Shown piece after piece: positions 48,899-57,823 of a stretch of DNA of 64,000 nt (position 1 is the first letter of the stretch; each line of letters starts with the position of its first letter). Both the position numbers and the translations under genes were made by a program. This stretch comes from Candidatus Latescibacterota bacterium (lineage in GTDB: Bacteria; Latescibacterota; UBA2968; UBA8231). The notes beneath the pieces were generated by a model. It saw only the letters and a program-made list of their open reading frames with translations. It ran no database searches and had not been told where the DNA came from. Location: contig CBDETY010000003.1 of NCBI GenBank assembly GCA_965243025.1, positions 1,120,001 to 1,184,000 on the forward strand. The letters run 5' to 3'.

Positions 48899-49455
48899 AG
48901 GGAAATGCCGGAAGGATCGCCGCACGCGGGTTTGCCCGCTCTCGCCGGCTGGCCCTGGCGGCCGGGGCAGGCCTGTTTCTGACTGCCGCCGCCGGCGCGG
49001 CTCCGAAATCGCAGTTCACGCTGCCGACGCTGGGCGGCGGGCAGTTCTCACTGGAGGAGGCGCTGAAGAAGGGTCCGGTGGTCCTCGATTTCTGGGCGAC
49101 CTGGTGCAAGCCCTGCATCAAATCCCTGCCGAAGCTGCAGGAGATCGCCGGGGAGTATGGGGAGCGCGGGGTCGGGGTGTACACCGTGAACACCGACGGG
49201 CCGCGCAACCAGCCCAAGGTGCGGCCGTTCATGAAACGCCACCGGCTCGAGCTTCCGGTCCTTCTCGACCACACGAGACAGGTGATGAAGCAGTTTCAGC
49301 TCTCCGTCCTTCCGGCTTCCTTGATCATTTCGACCGAAGGGGCGGTAGTTTACAGGCACGTGGGGTACAAACCAGGGGACGAGACCGGGCTCCGCGACAA
49401 GCTGGCGGAGCTGCTGGGAGCGCAACCCGATTCGACGGAAGGCAGGAGCGAATGA
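48895..49455 (+). CDS. TlpA-like thiol-disulfide oxidoreductase
   Basis: Signal-like N-terminus; DFWATWCKPC. Confidence 0.92.
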   Translation: MKGNAGRIAARGFARSRRLALAAGAGLFLTAAAGAAPKSQFTLPTLGGGQFSLEEALKKGPVVLDFWATWCKPCIKSLPKLQEIAGEYGERGVGVYTVNTDGPRNQPKVRPFMKRHRLELPVLLDHTRQVMKQFQLSVLPASLIISTEGAVVYRHVGYKPGDETGLRDKLAELLGAQPDSTEGRSE

Positions 49456-50333
49456 AAGCCAGGATCAGGACTCGATGGCGAAAGGCCGCAGCGGTCGCGT
49501 GCGGTGCATTTCTCGTCGGCGGGCCGGGCGGGGCGGCGGGGCAGGTGGTCGCCGGCGACATCGCCCCCGACTTCGAGCTCGAGACCGTGGACGGACAGCT
49601 CGTCTCGCTGAGCGGCTTTCGCGACGAAAAGGTTGTCTTTCTCAACATCCTGGGGAACACCTGACCGTACTGTATCGCGGGGGCCGCGAATTCCGAAGCG
49701 ATATGGCAGGACTACGGGGGGGACCGCTTCGTCGCCCTCGGCATCGACATCTGGAACGCCAGTCCCGCCAACGTCCGGGCGGTGTGGATCGACGACGGGC
49801 TGGCCACCTATCCGATGCTCGTCAACGGGTCCGACGTCGGCAACCAGTACGGCGTGGGACAGGACTACTACTTCGTGATCGATCACGAGGGGTTCGTACG
49901 CTACCGCTCCGGCCCCGGGCCGCTCGGGGAGCGCTTCGTCGACGGGGAGATCCGCGACGCCATCGAGGCCTCCCTCGAGGCCCTCGCCGATTTTCTGGAA
50001 GAAGAGGAAGAGGTGGAGGAGATAACCACGGAGGTGGCGTCATCGCCGCAGCTTCCGGCCCGGTTCGAGGTGGGGAACGCGTATCCGAATCCCTTCAATT
50101 CCGAAACCACCCTTTCGTTCGCGGTAAGCGCGGCCGGTCTCCTCAACCTGACGCTCTTCGACCTTGGAGGCCGGGTGGTGCGGGACTGGTCCGGGCAGTA
50201 CGAGGCCGGCAGGCACTCCCTGACCTGGGACGGCCTGGACGAGGCCGGCAATCCAATGGCCAGCGGGGTGTACATCGCCTCGGCGCGCCAGGGAAGCCGC
50301 GCGATAACCCGGAAGGTCACCCTCCTGAAGTAG
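49452..50333 (+). CDS. Putative selenoprotein: exported redoxin (U-P-Y-C, Sec71) plus C-terminal FlgD/T9SS-like sorting domain
   Basis: In-frame TGA at 49662-49664 at the first redox Cys position (VFLNILGNT-U-PYC); the frame continues without a stop into the 49782-50333 ORF; C-terminal AYPNPFN...WDGLDEAGNPMASGVY...KVTLLK. Confidence 0.85.
49665..49706 (+). promoter_or_regulatory. Candidate bacterial SECIS element
   Basis: Stem TCGCGG(49675-80)/CCGCGA(49684-89) with a G-rich loop about 16 nt after the TGA; alternative longer stem TATCGC/GCGATA. Confidence 0.5.
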
Positions 50334-50372
50334 CCCACCGGCAGGGCCCCGGATCTCCGTACCGGGGCGGAT

Positions 50373-51140
50373 TCACCACCGCCGGACCGGCTGCTCCACG
50401 AGGGCCTCCCTGAGGCTTTCGATCTGCCTGCCGGACAGTCCGGCGGAGCGGGCGAACCCCTCGGCCCCTCCGTACCGGGTCTCGAGGAAGTCGAGGACCT
50501 TGAGCATGCTTTCCGGCGGGCAGAACTCGCGCTGGTAGTCGCGCCAGTCGCGAAGGACCGCTCCCCCTTCGACCTCGGGGGGTGCCGACTGCCAGCGATC
50601 CCACAGGTACCTCCCCGTCAGGCCGTAGTCCTCGGCAATCGTCTCCTTCGCAACACCGGCGAGCTCGAGAAGCAGGGCGCTGATCACCCCGGTCCGGTCC
50701 TTGCCCCCGGCGCAGTGGTACAGGGCCGGAAGGGCTTCCGGCTCGGCCAGGGTCGCCAGCACCTCCCCGACCTGTTCTTCGCGATGCTCGATCCAGGAGG
50801 AGTAGGAGCCGAAGATCCTTTCCGCAGGGGTGCCGTCGGCGATGGAATAAGGGAGGGGCTCGTCGCCGGCGAGGTTGTGGTGGCGGTAGCTGACCTCCGC
50901 CGAGGACGCGAAGACGTTGGGCAGCTCAGCCAGCTCCCGGGTCCGGCGCAGGTCGATGACGGTGCGCAGCCCGAACCCGAGGAGGGTCTGCTGGTCGTCT
51001 GCCGTCAGCCGGTACATGTTGTCGGCCCGGAAGAAGGTTCGCCACCGAACCCGGCGTCCCTCCGTCGTGGGGTAGCCCCCAATGTCCCGGATGTTGAATG
51101 CCCCTTCCATTTCGATTCTCCGGCCGGGTTCTTCGCCCAT
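50373..51140 (-). CDS. Protein tyrosine/serine phosphatase (Y_phosphatase3/IphP-like)
   Basis: NIRDIGGY, IDLR, HCAGGKDRTG, DYGLT. Confidence 0.92.
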   Translation of the reverse strand: MGEEPGRRIEMEGAFNIRDIGGYPTTEGRRVRWRTFFRADNMYRLTADDQQTLLGFGLRTVIDLRRTRELAELPNVFASSAEVSYRHHNLAGDEPLPYSIADGTPAERIFGSYSSWIEHREEQVGEVLATLAEPEALPALYHCAGGKDRTGVISALLLELAGVAKETIAEDYGLTGRYLWDRWQSAPPEVEGGAVLRDWRDYQREFCPPESMLKVLDFLETRYGGAEGFARSAGLSGRQIESLREALVEQPVRRW

Positions 51141-51296
51141 TGCTTTCCTTTCCATTTTTCGGGTTGAATCGTGCCCGCAGTCGGGTCGGTTGGTACCGGG
51201 TTTGTCGACAGGCGGTGGCTTGAGATCGGGCGGCCGGAGGCAGGGACTTTCAGATCAAACAGCCCGCCCCTGTTGCTCCGACCGGTTCGCAATCGA

Positions 51297-52853
51297 TTAC
51301 AGCACTTTGCTCGTAAGGCGAATCTCCAGCCCTTCGAATCCGAGCACCTCGTAGCAGGTTCCCCCGGTGCAGGCGAGACCGGTGCGCCGTTTGCCGGCGA
51401 ACAGGGTTGCGGTATGCGCCTCGCGGAACAGCCAGCTCGTCCCCAGGGCCCACCACCAGGTCGCGCCCGCCTGCGAGGCCCCGGTTTCAAGCGGGTCGTT
51501 GGACCGCTGCAGCTGCAGCGACCAGGTCCAGGCGGGAAAGCGGCTGACCTCGGCCGCCGCCAGCAGGTTCTCGTAGGGGAAGCGCCTGCTGCCGAAACGG
51601 CGGTCGACGTCCTGGAACTGAAGGTCGGCGGCAAGGGCGTACCGGGAGCCCGCGGACCAGTCCCACCGGGTGCCCGCGGTCACCCGCTTCTCGTTCTCCA
51701 GTATGCGGGTGCGCGCGTAATCGAAGAAGACCTGCCCGTACAGCGCCTCCCCCACCGGGGAATCGAGCTGCATGAAGTACTCGCTCAGGGACTTCGCCTC
51801 CTCGCCGGGACGGGGCCCCCGGCGGGTGGCGAGGTTCCAGGCGGCGATCAGCCCGACCTGCCGCGGCAGGGCCCAGGTCAGCTCCGCCTGAAACCCGGTT
51901 TCGTCGTCGGGCAGCAGGGTGTGCGTCTGCCGGTTCAGGAGGAAGGCTTCGTGCTCCCGGATCAGCGTCGGCGGGTTGTTGATGGCGGGGAAGTTGAAGC
52001 CGTCGTAGTCCTTGAACTCGAGGCTCAGCCCCCAGGCGCCCCCCGTGAAGGTGCTTGAAAGGTAGAGCCCCCGCGCGTGCTCGCGGTCGAGGGAGAACCA
52101 GCTGTCGAGAGCCGGATCGATGCGGGCGTACTCGCCGTACAGGTCGCCGTACCAGTCCGGCAGACCGAGCGCCTCCAGCAGCCGTCCGAGACGGACCCGG
52201 GCATGGGTGGTGGCGCCGCGTTCTTCGCCGTCGAAGTCGAGCACTCCCGTCCCGAACTCGAGGCCGGTCCAGGGGCTGGCCCTGAAAGCCCCCCCGGAAA
52301 CGCGGCCGAGGCGGCGGTCGGGGCCCTTCCTGCCGGGGGCGACCTCGCTGTCCACCGGGCGGCCGGTGAGCAGCAGCACCTCGACGTCTCCCCGGCGGTA
52401 GCGGACCTGGAACCCGTCGAGGTCCTGCGTTATCTGGTAGCGTCTCCGGGAGACGCGGTTTTCGGTGATGACCCCGGGAAGCTCGAAGGCGTGCAGCAGC
52501 AGGCCGCTGCCGACCAGGGTGAGGCAGGTCCCCGCGGTCGCCTCGAAGCCTCCCTGCCGGTAGGAGAGGGAGCGCTGGGCGAGATGGAAGTAGTCGCGTC
52601 CGCTTTCGCTGGAGCGGAAGGCCTCGCTGCGCAGGCTGGCGAGGAATCCCGAGGTTTCCAAACCGAAGTTCAGCTGCTGGTACACGGTGCGCAGATCGCG
52701 CGGCTCGGACCCCGGCAGGTTGCCTAGCTGGTACTCGTGGTGGGCGGTGAGCTGCGGCTGGGAGACGGCGGGGGGCGCTGCCAGCATGCCTGCGAGAAAC
52801 AGACGGGCGGCTCGCCGGCGGGGTGATGTAGCTTTATCTGCTTTCTGCGGCAT
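51297..52853 (-). CDS. DUF6029-like outer-membrane beta-barrel protein with C-terminal CxGGxC
   Basis: Signal-like N-terminus; EFKDY...NNPPTL.REH; C-terminal GKRRTGLACTGGTCYEVLGFEG. Confidence 0.7.
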   Translation of the reverse strand: MPQKADKATSPRRRAARLFLAGMLAAPPAVSQPQLTAHHEYQLGNLPGSEPRDLRTVYQQLNFGLETSGFLASLRSEAFRSSESGRDYFHLAQRSLSYRQGGFEATAGTCLTLVGSGLLLHAFELPGVITENRVSRRRYQITQDLDGFQVRYRRGDVEVLLLTGRPVDSEVAPGRKGPDRRLGRVSGGAFRASPWTGLEFGTGVLDFDGEERGATTHARVRLGRLLEALGLPDWYGDLYGEYARIDPALDSWFSLDREHARGLYLSSTFTGGAWGLSLEFKDYDGFNFPAINNPPTLIREHEAFLLNRQTHTLLPDDETGFQAELTWALPRQVGLIAAWNLATRRGPRPGEEAKSLSEYFMQLDSPVGEALYGQVFFDYARTRILENEKRVTAGTRWDWSAGSRYALAADLQFQDVDRRFGSRRFPYENLLAAAEVSRFPAWTWSLQLQRSNDPLETGASQAGATWWWALGTSWLFREAHTATLFAGKRRTGLACTGGTCYEVLGFEGLEIRLTSKVL

Positions 52854-52902
52854 CGTAGTTTCTCGACACAGGGAAAAACAAGCGATTCGGCGGTTAGGCT
52901 CA

Positions 52903-53688
52903 ATGGAGCGATCTGTTTTCGAGGGGCTGGACGGCAAGCAGGGGGCAGAGCGGTCGGAGAAACCGCGGACGGCAGGCCTGACCATGGCGGTCGACTGGGG
53001 CATGGGGCTGAACCGGCAAAGAGACCTGCAGGATTCGAGCGGTCCTTACATTGATTTTGCAAAGGTGGCGGTCGGTGTTTCCCGGCTTCTTTCCGGCTCC
53101 ATGCTGCAGGAAAAGATCGACTCCTATCTCGCCGCGGACATAGAGCCTTTTCCGGGGGGGCAGTACCTCGAGTACGCCGAAAGGGAAGGGAAGCTGGAGC
53201 GCTATTTGGAGGCGGTCGCCGAGGCCGGTTACCGCTGGGTGGAGGTCTCCGACAACCTGCTTCCCGCAACAGCGGCCTGGAAGGAAAGGACCATACGCAG
53301 GGCCCGGGAGGAGTTCGGCCTGAACGTCCTCGGCGAGGTCGGCAGGAAGGAGGGCCTCGAGAACTCCATACCCCTGCCCGACAACGCCGGTATATGCCTC
53401 GGAGCCGGGGCCCGGCTCATCCTTCTGGAAGCCGCCGAGCTGCTGGCAGGCGACGCCGCGACGCCGGCAGCAGTCGAGGAGATCGTCGCGGCCGCCGGCC
53501 TGGAGAAGGTGATGTTCGAGCTTCCCGGGCCGTGGATCGAAGGGGTGACCGACACCGACGTCCACCGCCTTCGGCGCGACCTGATCGACCGCTACGGAAC
53601 CGAGGTCAACATCGGCAACGTCGCTCCCGACGACCTGATGTCGCTCGAAACCTACCGCCGCGGACTCGGAGTCAACGCCGGCAGCTGA
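52903..53688 (+). CDS. comA: Phosphosulfolactate synthase (ComA family)
   Basis: KPRTAGLTMAVDWG, YIDFAK, FPGG, VEVSD, GEVGRK, VNIGNV...LETYRRGL. Confidence 0.85.
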   Translation: MERSVFEGLDGKQGAERSEKPRTAGLTMAVDWGMGLNRQRDLQDSSGPYIDFAKVAVGVSRLLSGSMLQEKIDSYLAADIEPFPGGQYLEYAEREGKLERYLEAVAEAGYRWVEVSDNLLPATAAWKERTIRRAREEFGLNVLGEVGRKEGLENSIPLPDNAGICLGAGARLILLEAAELLAGDAATPAAVEEIVAAAGLEKVMFELPGPWIEGVTDTDVHRLRRDLIDRYGTEVNIGNVAPDDLMSLETYRRGLGVNAGS

Positions 53689-53838
53689 TCTGTCGGCGCA
53701 CTTCGTGACGTTTGTGATTACAAGTTCGCGCCGCGCCTCGAATTGCCGTTCGCCCGCCGGCGAACGGCCACGGAAATCGGTATAAATGACATTCAGCCCG
53801 ACACTGTACAGGACAGCGGTCCCCGCAGGCCGTGCTCC

Positions 53839-54684
53839 ATGAGGTCGGCCACCGCTTTCGCGCCCGGAAGCATTTCCGGTCTCTTCAAGATCATCGCCGA
53901 CGACGACCCGGAGAAGATGCACTCCCTCGGGCTCAGCTTCACCGTTGCCGAGGGGGCCGCGGTCACCGTTTCGGAAGCCTCGCGCACCGCCGTCACCTTC
54001 AACGGCGAGGAGATCCGCTTCCCGACGGTGGCGACCCTCGCCGGGCGGCTGAGCGACGGCGCTTTCGATATCGCCGTCGAGTCGCCCCTGCCGCTGAGCT
54101 GCGGATTCGGCCTGAGCGGGGCCTCCACCCTCGCTGCGGCTTACGCCATCGACCGCCTCCTCGGCCTTGGTATGGCGGCCGAAGAGCTGGCCCTGCACGC
54201 CCACGTGGCCGAGGTGGAGAACCTGACCGGCCTCGGCGACGTCTGCGCCCAGTACCACGGCGGATGCCTGGTCAAGCTGGCCCCCGGGTCCCCGCTGGTC
54301 GCGCAGCGCCTCGCCGTGGCGGAGGGAGAGCCGATCCACTTCCGGTATTTCGGGCCCATAAGCACCAGGGAGGTGCTGTCCGATCCGCGCCGCGCCGCCG
54401 CGGTCAACCGGGCCGCCGACGCCGCCCTGCGGCAGCTGTCCGGGCTGACCGGCCGCGAACAGGTGCCGGTCTCCGAGTGCGTGCGCGTCTCCAGGAGGTT
54501 CGCCGAAGACAGCGGCCTGATGACCGATCCGCGGGTCGGGGAGACGGTCGCCTCGGTGGGTGCGTCCGGCGGGGAGGCCTCGATGATCATGCTCGGGCAC
54601 GCCGTCTTCAGCACTGTCCCGTTCCCGGGCTCGACCGAGACTTCGCTGTCCCTGGTTCCTGCCAGGGTGCTGGACGGACCATGA
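53839..54684 (+). CDS. Archaeal-type pantoate kinase (GHMP kinase, PoK)
   Basis: AFAPGSISGLF, PLSCGFGLSGASTL, AHVAEVENLTGLGDV, SMIMLG; coupled to PPS. Confidence 0.88.
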   Translation: MRSATAFAPGSISGLFKIIADDDPEKMHSLGLSFTVAEGAAVTVSEASRTAVTFNGEEIRFPTVATLAGRLSDGAFDIAVESPLPLSCGFGLSGASTLAAAYAIDRLLGLGMAAEELALHAHVAEVENLTGLGDVCAQYHGGCLVKLAPGSPLVAQRLAVAEGEPIHFRYFGPISTREVLSDPRRAAAVNRAADAALRQLSGLTGREQVPVSECVRVSRRFAEDSGLMTDPRVGETVASVGASGGEASMIMLGHAVFSTVPFPGSTETSLSLVPARVLDGP

Positions 54685-55412
54685 CCGACGTACCGGAAAC
54701 CCACCCGCGCTACGAATCGCTGCGCCTGCGGGACGCCGTGGTCGCCGGCGTCGAACGCGGGGTGACCTCGGTCCACGGGCTGATCGCCCACGGCCGCGGC
54801 GAGGCCTTCGACTACCTGCTCGGAGAGCGCACCCACGACTTCGCCCATGAGGCGGTCGCCGCCGCAGCGGCCATGCTGGCGTCGGCGCAGCGGCCGGTGG
54901 TGTCGGTCAACGGCAACGCCGCGGCCCTGGCGGCCGACGGGCTGGTGGCGCTGGCCGAGGCCCTCTCCTGCCCCCTGGAGGTCAACCTGTTCCACAAATC
55001 GCGGGAGCGCGAGCGTGCCATCGAGGAGCTGCTGGTCGAAAGCGGGGCGGCCCGGGTGCTGCTTCCCGACCCCGGCACCTTCCTCGAGGGGATCGACTCC
55101 AACAGGCGCTACGTCCACCCCGAGGGGATTCACCGGGCGGACGCGGTTTTCGTGCCGCTCGAGGACGGCGACCGCTGCCGGATTCTGCGCGCCGCCGGCA
55201 AGGAAGTGGTGACTGTCGACCTCAATCCCCTGTCGCGCACGGCGAAGCTGGCCAGCATCTCCATAATCGACAACGTCGTCAGGGCGATGCCCCTGCTGGT
55301 CGACGCGGTGTCGGCGGCGGCCTCCGGCCCGCATGGGAGCCGGCGCCTGCTCGAGGAATATGACAACGGCCGCATCCTGGAGGCGGCGGAGCGATGCATG
55401 AGGAACCGATGA
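54681..55412 (+). CDS. Archaeal-type 4-phosphopantoate--beta-alanine ligase (phosphopantothenate synthetase, PPS)
   Basis: HPRYESL, GLIAHGRGEAFDYLLGERT, SVNGN, EVNLF, VPLEDGDR, DLNPLSRTA, DNVVRA. Confidence 0.93.
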   Translation: MTDVPETHPRYESLRLRDAVVAGVERGVTSVHGLIAHGRGEAFDYLLGERTHDFAHEAVAAAAAMLASAQRPVVSVNGNAAALAADGLVALAEALSCPLEVNLFHKSRERERAIEELLVESGAARVLLPDPGTFLEGIDSNRRYVHPEGIHRADAVFVPLEDGDRCRILRAAGKEVVTVDLNPLSRTAKLASISIIDNVVRAMPLLVDAVSAAASGPHGSRRLLEEYDNGRILEAAERCMRNR

Positions 55413-55584
55413 GGTCCCGGTCCCTGCTGACTGTAACAACCGGAGTCGCCCCGCTTGCGTTGCCAGCCGGTTCAGACGCGAGGGAGCGGGGAGCTGTTTC
55501 CGGCTCCGCGGTTCCCGGGGACGACCCCTTTCCCGAACGCCGGTGCGGCCGTCCCCGGCCGGGTCCGGAGGGGAAAAGGGGGGA

Positions 55585-56574
55585 ATGAAGCTGTACCCCG
55601 ACCACGAGCTGCCGACCCGCGACGATGTGGTCGCGGCGCACCGTTTCATCGGCCCCTACCTGCCGCCGACCCCGCTGGTCCGGGCCCACTCCCTGTCGCA
55701 GCAGCTCGGGTTCGACTACTGGGTCAAGTGCGAAAACGCGCAGCCGGTGGGGGCCTTCAAGGTCCGCGGCGGGGTCAACCTGCTGGGCAACCTCGACGGC
55801 GGGGTGAAACGCCTCGGAGTGGTCACCGCGAGCACCGGCAACCACGGACAGTCGATCGCCTATGCCGGCGGCCTCTTCGGAATCCCGGTGATCATCTACG
55901 CCCCCGAGCGGAACGTCAACCCGGTGAAGATGCAGGCGATGCGCGGCCTCGGAGCGGATGTGCGCCTGTTCGGGCGGGACTTCGACGAGGCGCGCGGGGA
56001 GGTGGAGCGGGTAGCCGCGGGCGAGGGCATGCGCTACGTCCACTCGGGCAACGAGCCGCTCCTGATCGCCGGGGTCGGCACCATCGGCCTGGAGATCGCC
56101 GGGGCCCTCCCGGACGTCGAGGTGATCATCGTCCCTGTCGGAGGGGGCAGCGGCGTCTGCGGTACCGCCCTGGCGGTGAAGGAACAGCGGCCGGCGATCC
56201 GCATCATCGGCGTCCAGTCCGCTTCGGCGCCCGCCTGCCGTGAGGCCTGGAAAACCGGAAACCTTCAGGTCGAGTGCGCGATGAACACCGAGCACGAAGG
56301 GCTGGCGACCCGGGTGCCGTTCGCGATGACCATGCAGCTGATGTGGGAGCTGCTCGACGATTTCCTGCTCGTCACGGACGCGGAGATCAACGAGTCCATC
56401 CGCCTGCTGGCGCGGCACACACGGCAGCTGGCGGAGGGGGCCGGGGCGGCGGCCACCGCTGCCGCGCTCAAGCTGAGGGAGGAGCTGCGCGGGAAGAGGG
56501 TCGCCGGAGTGCTGAGCGGGGGCAACCTGCCCCTGGCGCGCCTAGCCGGCCTGTTTGCCGGAAGTGAATCCTGA
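55585..56574 (+). CDS. PLP-dependent threonine/serine dehydratase family protein
   Basis: KCENAQPVGAFKVRG, STGNHG, PVGGGSG, SGGN. Confidence 0.9.
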   Translation: MKLYPDHELPTRDDVVAAHRFIGPYLPPTPLVRAHSLSQQLGFDYWVKCENAQPVGAFKVRGGVNLLGNLDGGVKRLGVVTASTGNHGQSIAYAGGLFGIPVIIYAPERNVNPVKMQAMRGLGADVRLFGRDFDEARGEVERVAAGEGMRYVHSGNEPLLIAGVGTIGLEIAGALPDVEVIIVPVGGGSGVCGTALAVKEQRPAIRIIGVQSASAPACREAWKTGNLQVECAMNTEHEGLATRVPFAMTMQLMWELLDDFLLVTDAEINESIRLLARHTRQLAEGAGAAATAAALKLREELRGKRVAGVLSGGNLPLARLAGLFAGSES

Positions 56575-56686
56575 AGGAGGCTGGCCGGGCTCCCAGGTCG
56601 CTGATTCCCGGAGGGCTCATGGCTCCCGGCCGGCTCAACCGTTTGTTCGATCCCATGTCGACATCTGTGAGTCTTTTTCGAAAGGC

Positions 56687-57787
56687 ATGACCATGGCACC
56701 AGCGACAACCCCCGAGCAGATCAGGGCCAACCTGGCGGAGATTCCCCGCATCAGGTGGTCGCACATCCCCACCCCGTTGGAGGAATGGAAGAGCCTGCGG
56801 AGCAGGATCGGCGGTCCCCGCCTGCTGGCCAAGCGGGACGATACCACCGGGCTGGCCTACGGGGGGAACAAGTCGCGGCACTTCGAGTTCGAGATGGCCC
56901 ACGTCAGGAACCAGGGTTTCGACACCCTGATCTGCGTCAACAACTTCCACTCGAACCACGCCCGGGTCGCCGCCGCCGGATGTGTCAAGGCCGGGATCCG
57001 CTACATCCTGGTTTCGGTGGGAGAGACGGAGCGCCCCATTCAGGGGAACCTGCTGCTGGTAAAGCTGATGGGAGGGGAGATCCACCGCCTGCCCGCGGGG
57101 GAGGATTCCTCGGCTTGCGCCGAAGCCATAGCCTCCAGGGTGCGGGCCGAGGGCGGTAACCCGTACATACTCAACGACGACTGGTTTCCGCAGATCATCG
57201 GGACCATCGGCTTCGTCGAGGCCGGCCTCGAGTTGATGACCCAGCTCGCCGCGTACGGCATCGAGCGCATCCACGTCTGGGGGCTGGTCGGCGCCTCCCT
57301 GCCGGGACTGGCCTTGCTGGCGAAGAACCTCGGGCTCGACTGGAAAGCCACAATGGTCCTCTACAGTCCCGGCGATGTCGGCGCGGTCCGCGCCGGGATG
57401 GTGGACCGGGGCAGGAAGGCGGCGGAGTTCATGAAGCTGCCGCTTTCCCTCGACCCGGAGGACGTCGAGATCGTCGACGGCTTCTCCGGACCGGCGTACG
57501 CGGCCCCGACCGAAGCCGCCTTCGAGGCGATTCACCTCGTGGCCCGGACCGAGGCGGTGATTCTCGACCCCAACTACACCGGCAAGTCGATGTCGGCGCT
57601 GATCGACCGCGTCCGGTCGGGCCGGTTCCCCGAAGACCGGACGGTGCTATTCCTGCACTCGGGCGGACTGCCGCAGGTGTTCGCCTTCAACGAGGAGCTT
57701 GCCGCCTGGAGAGGCCCTGATGAAGACTGGGGCCGCCTGTCCGGGAATGGGGCCGGGCGGCGGGGGACAGGTGGCGGCAGCAGGTAA
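56687..57787 (+). CDS. D-cysteine desulfhydrase/ACC deaminase family PLP enzyme
   Basis: PTPLE, KRDDTTGLAYGGNKSR, SNHAR, LDPNYTGK, LHSGG. Confidence 0.9.
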   Translation: MTMAPATTPEQIRANLAEIPRIRWSHIPTPLEEWKSLRSRIGGPRLLAKRDDTTGLAYGGNKSRHFEFEMAHVRNQGFDTLICVNNFHSNHARVAAAGCVKAGIRYILVSVGETERPIQGNLLLVKLMGGEIHRLPAGEDSSACAEAIASRVRAEGGNPYILNDDWFPQIIGTIGFVEAGLELMTQLAAYGIERIHVWGLVGASLPGLALLAKNLGLDWKATMVLYSPGDVGAVRAGMVDRGRKAAEFMKLPLSLDPEDVEIVDGFSGPAYAAPTEAAFEAIHLVARTEAVILDPNYTGKSMSALIDRVRSGRFPEDRTVLFLHSGGLPQVFAFNEELAAWRGPDEDWGRLSGNGAGRRGTGGGSR

Positions 57788-57823
57788 ATCCCGGGGCGGG
57801 GAGCGGACCCGCCGGATTCCCGA

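Noticed and set aside
49452-50333. Two separate small genes or a nonsense pseudogene
   Set aside because: The single TGA falls exactly on the redox-active position of an x-x-C motif and both halves look intact, so Sec read-through is the simpler explanation.
53711-53770. Near-palindrome TTGTGATTACAA and hairpin GCCGTTCGCC/GGCGAACGGC upstream of pok as an operator or riboswitch
   Set aside because: Single occurrence with no U-tract or recognisable aptamer; too little evidence to call.
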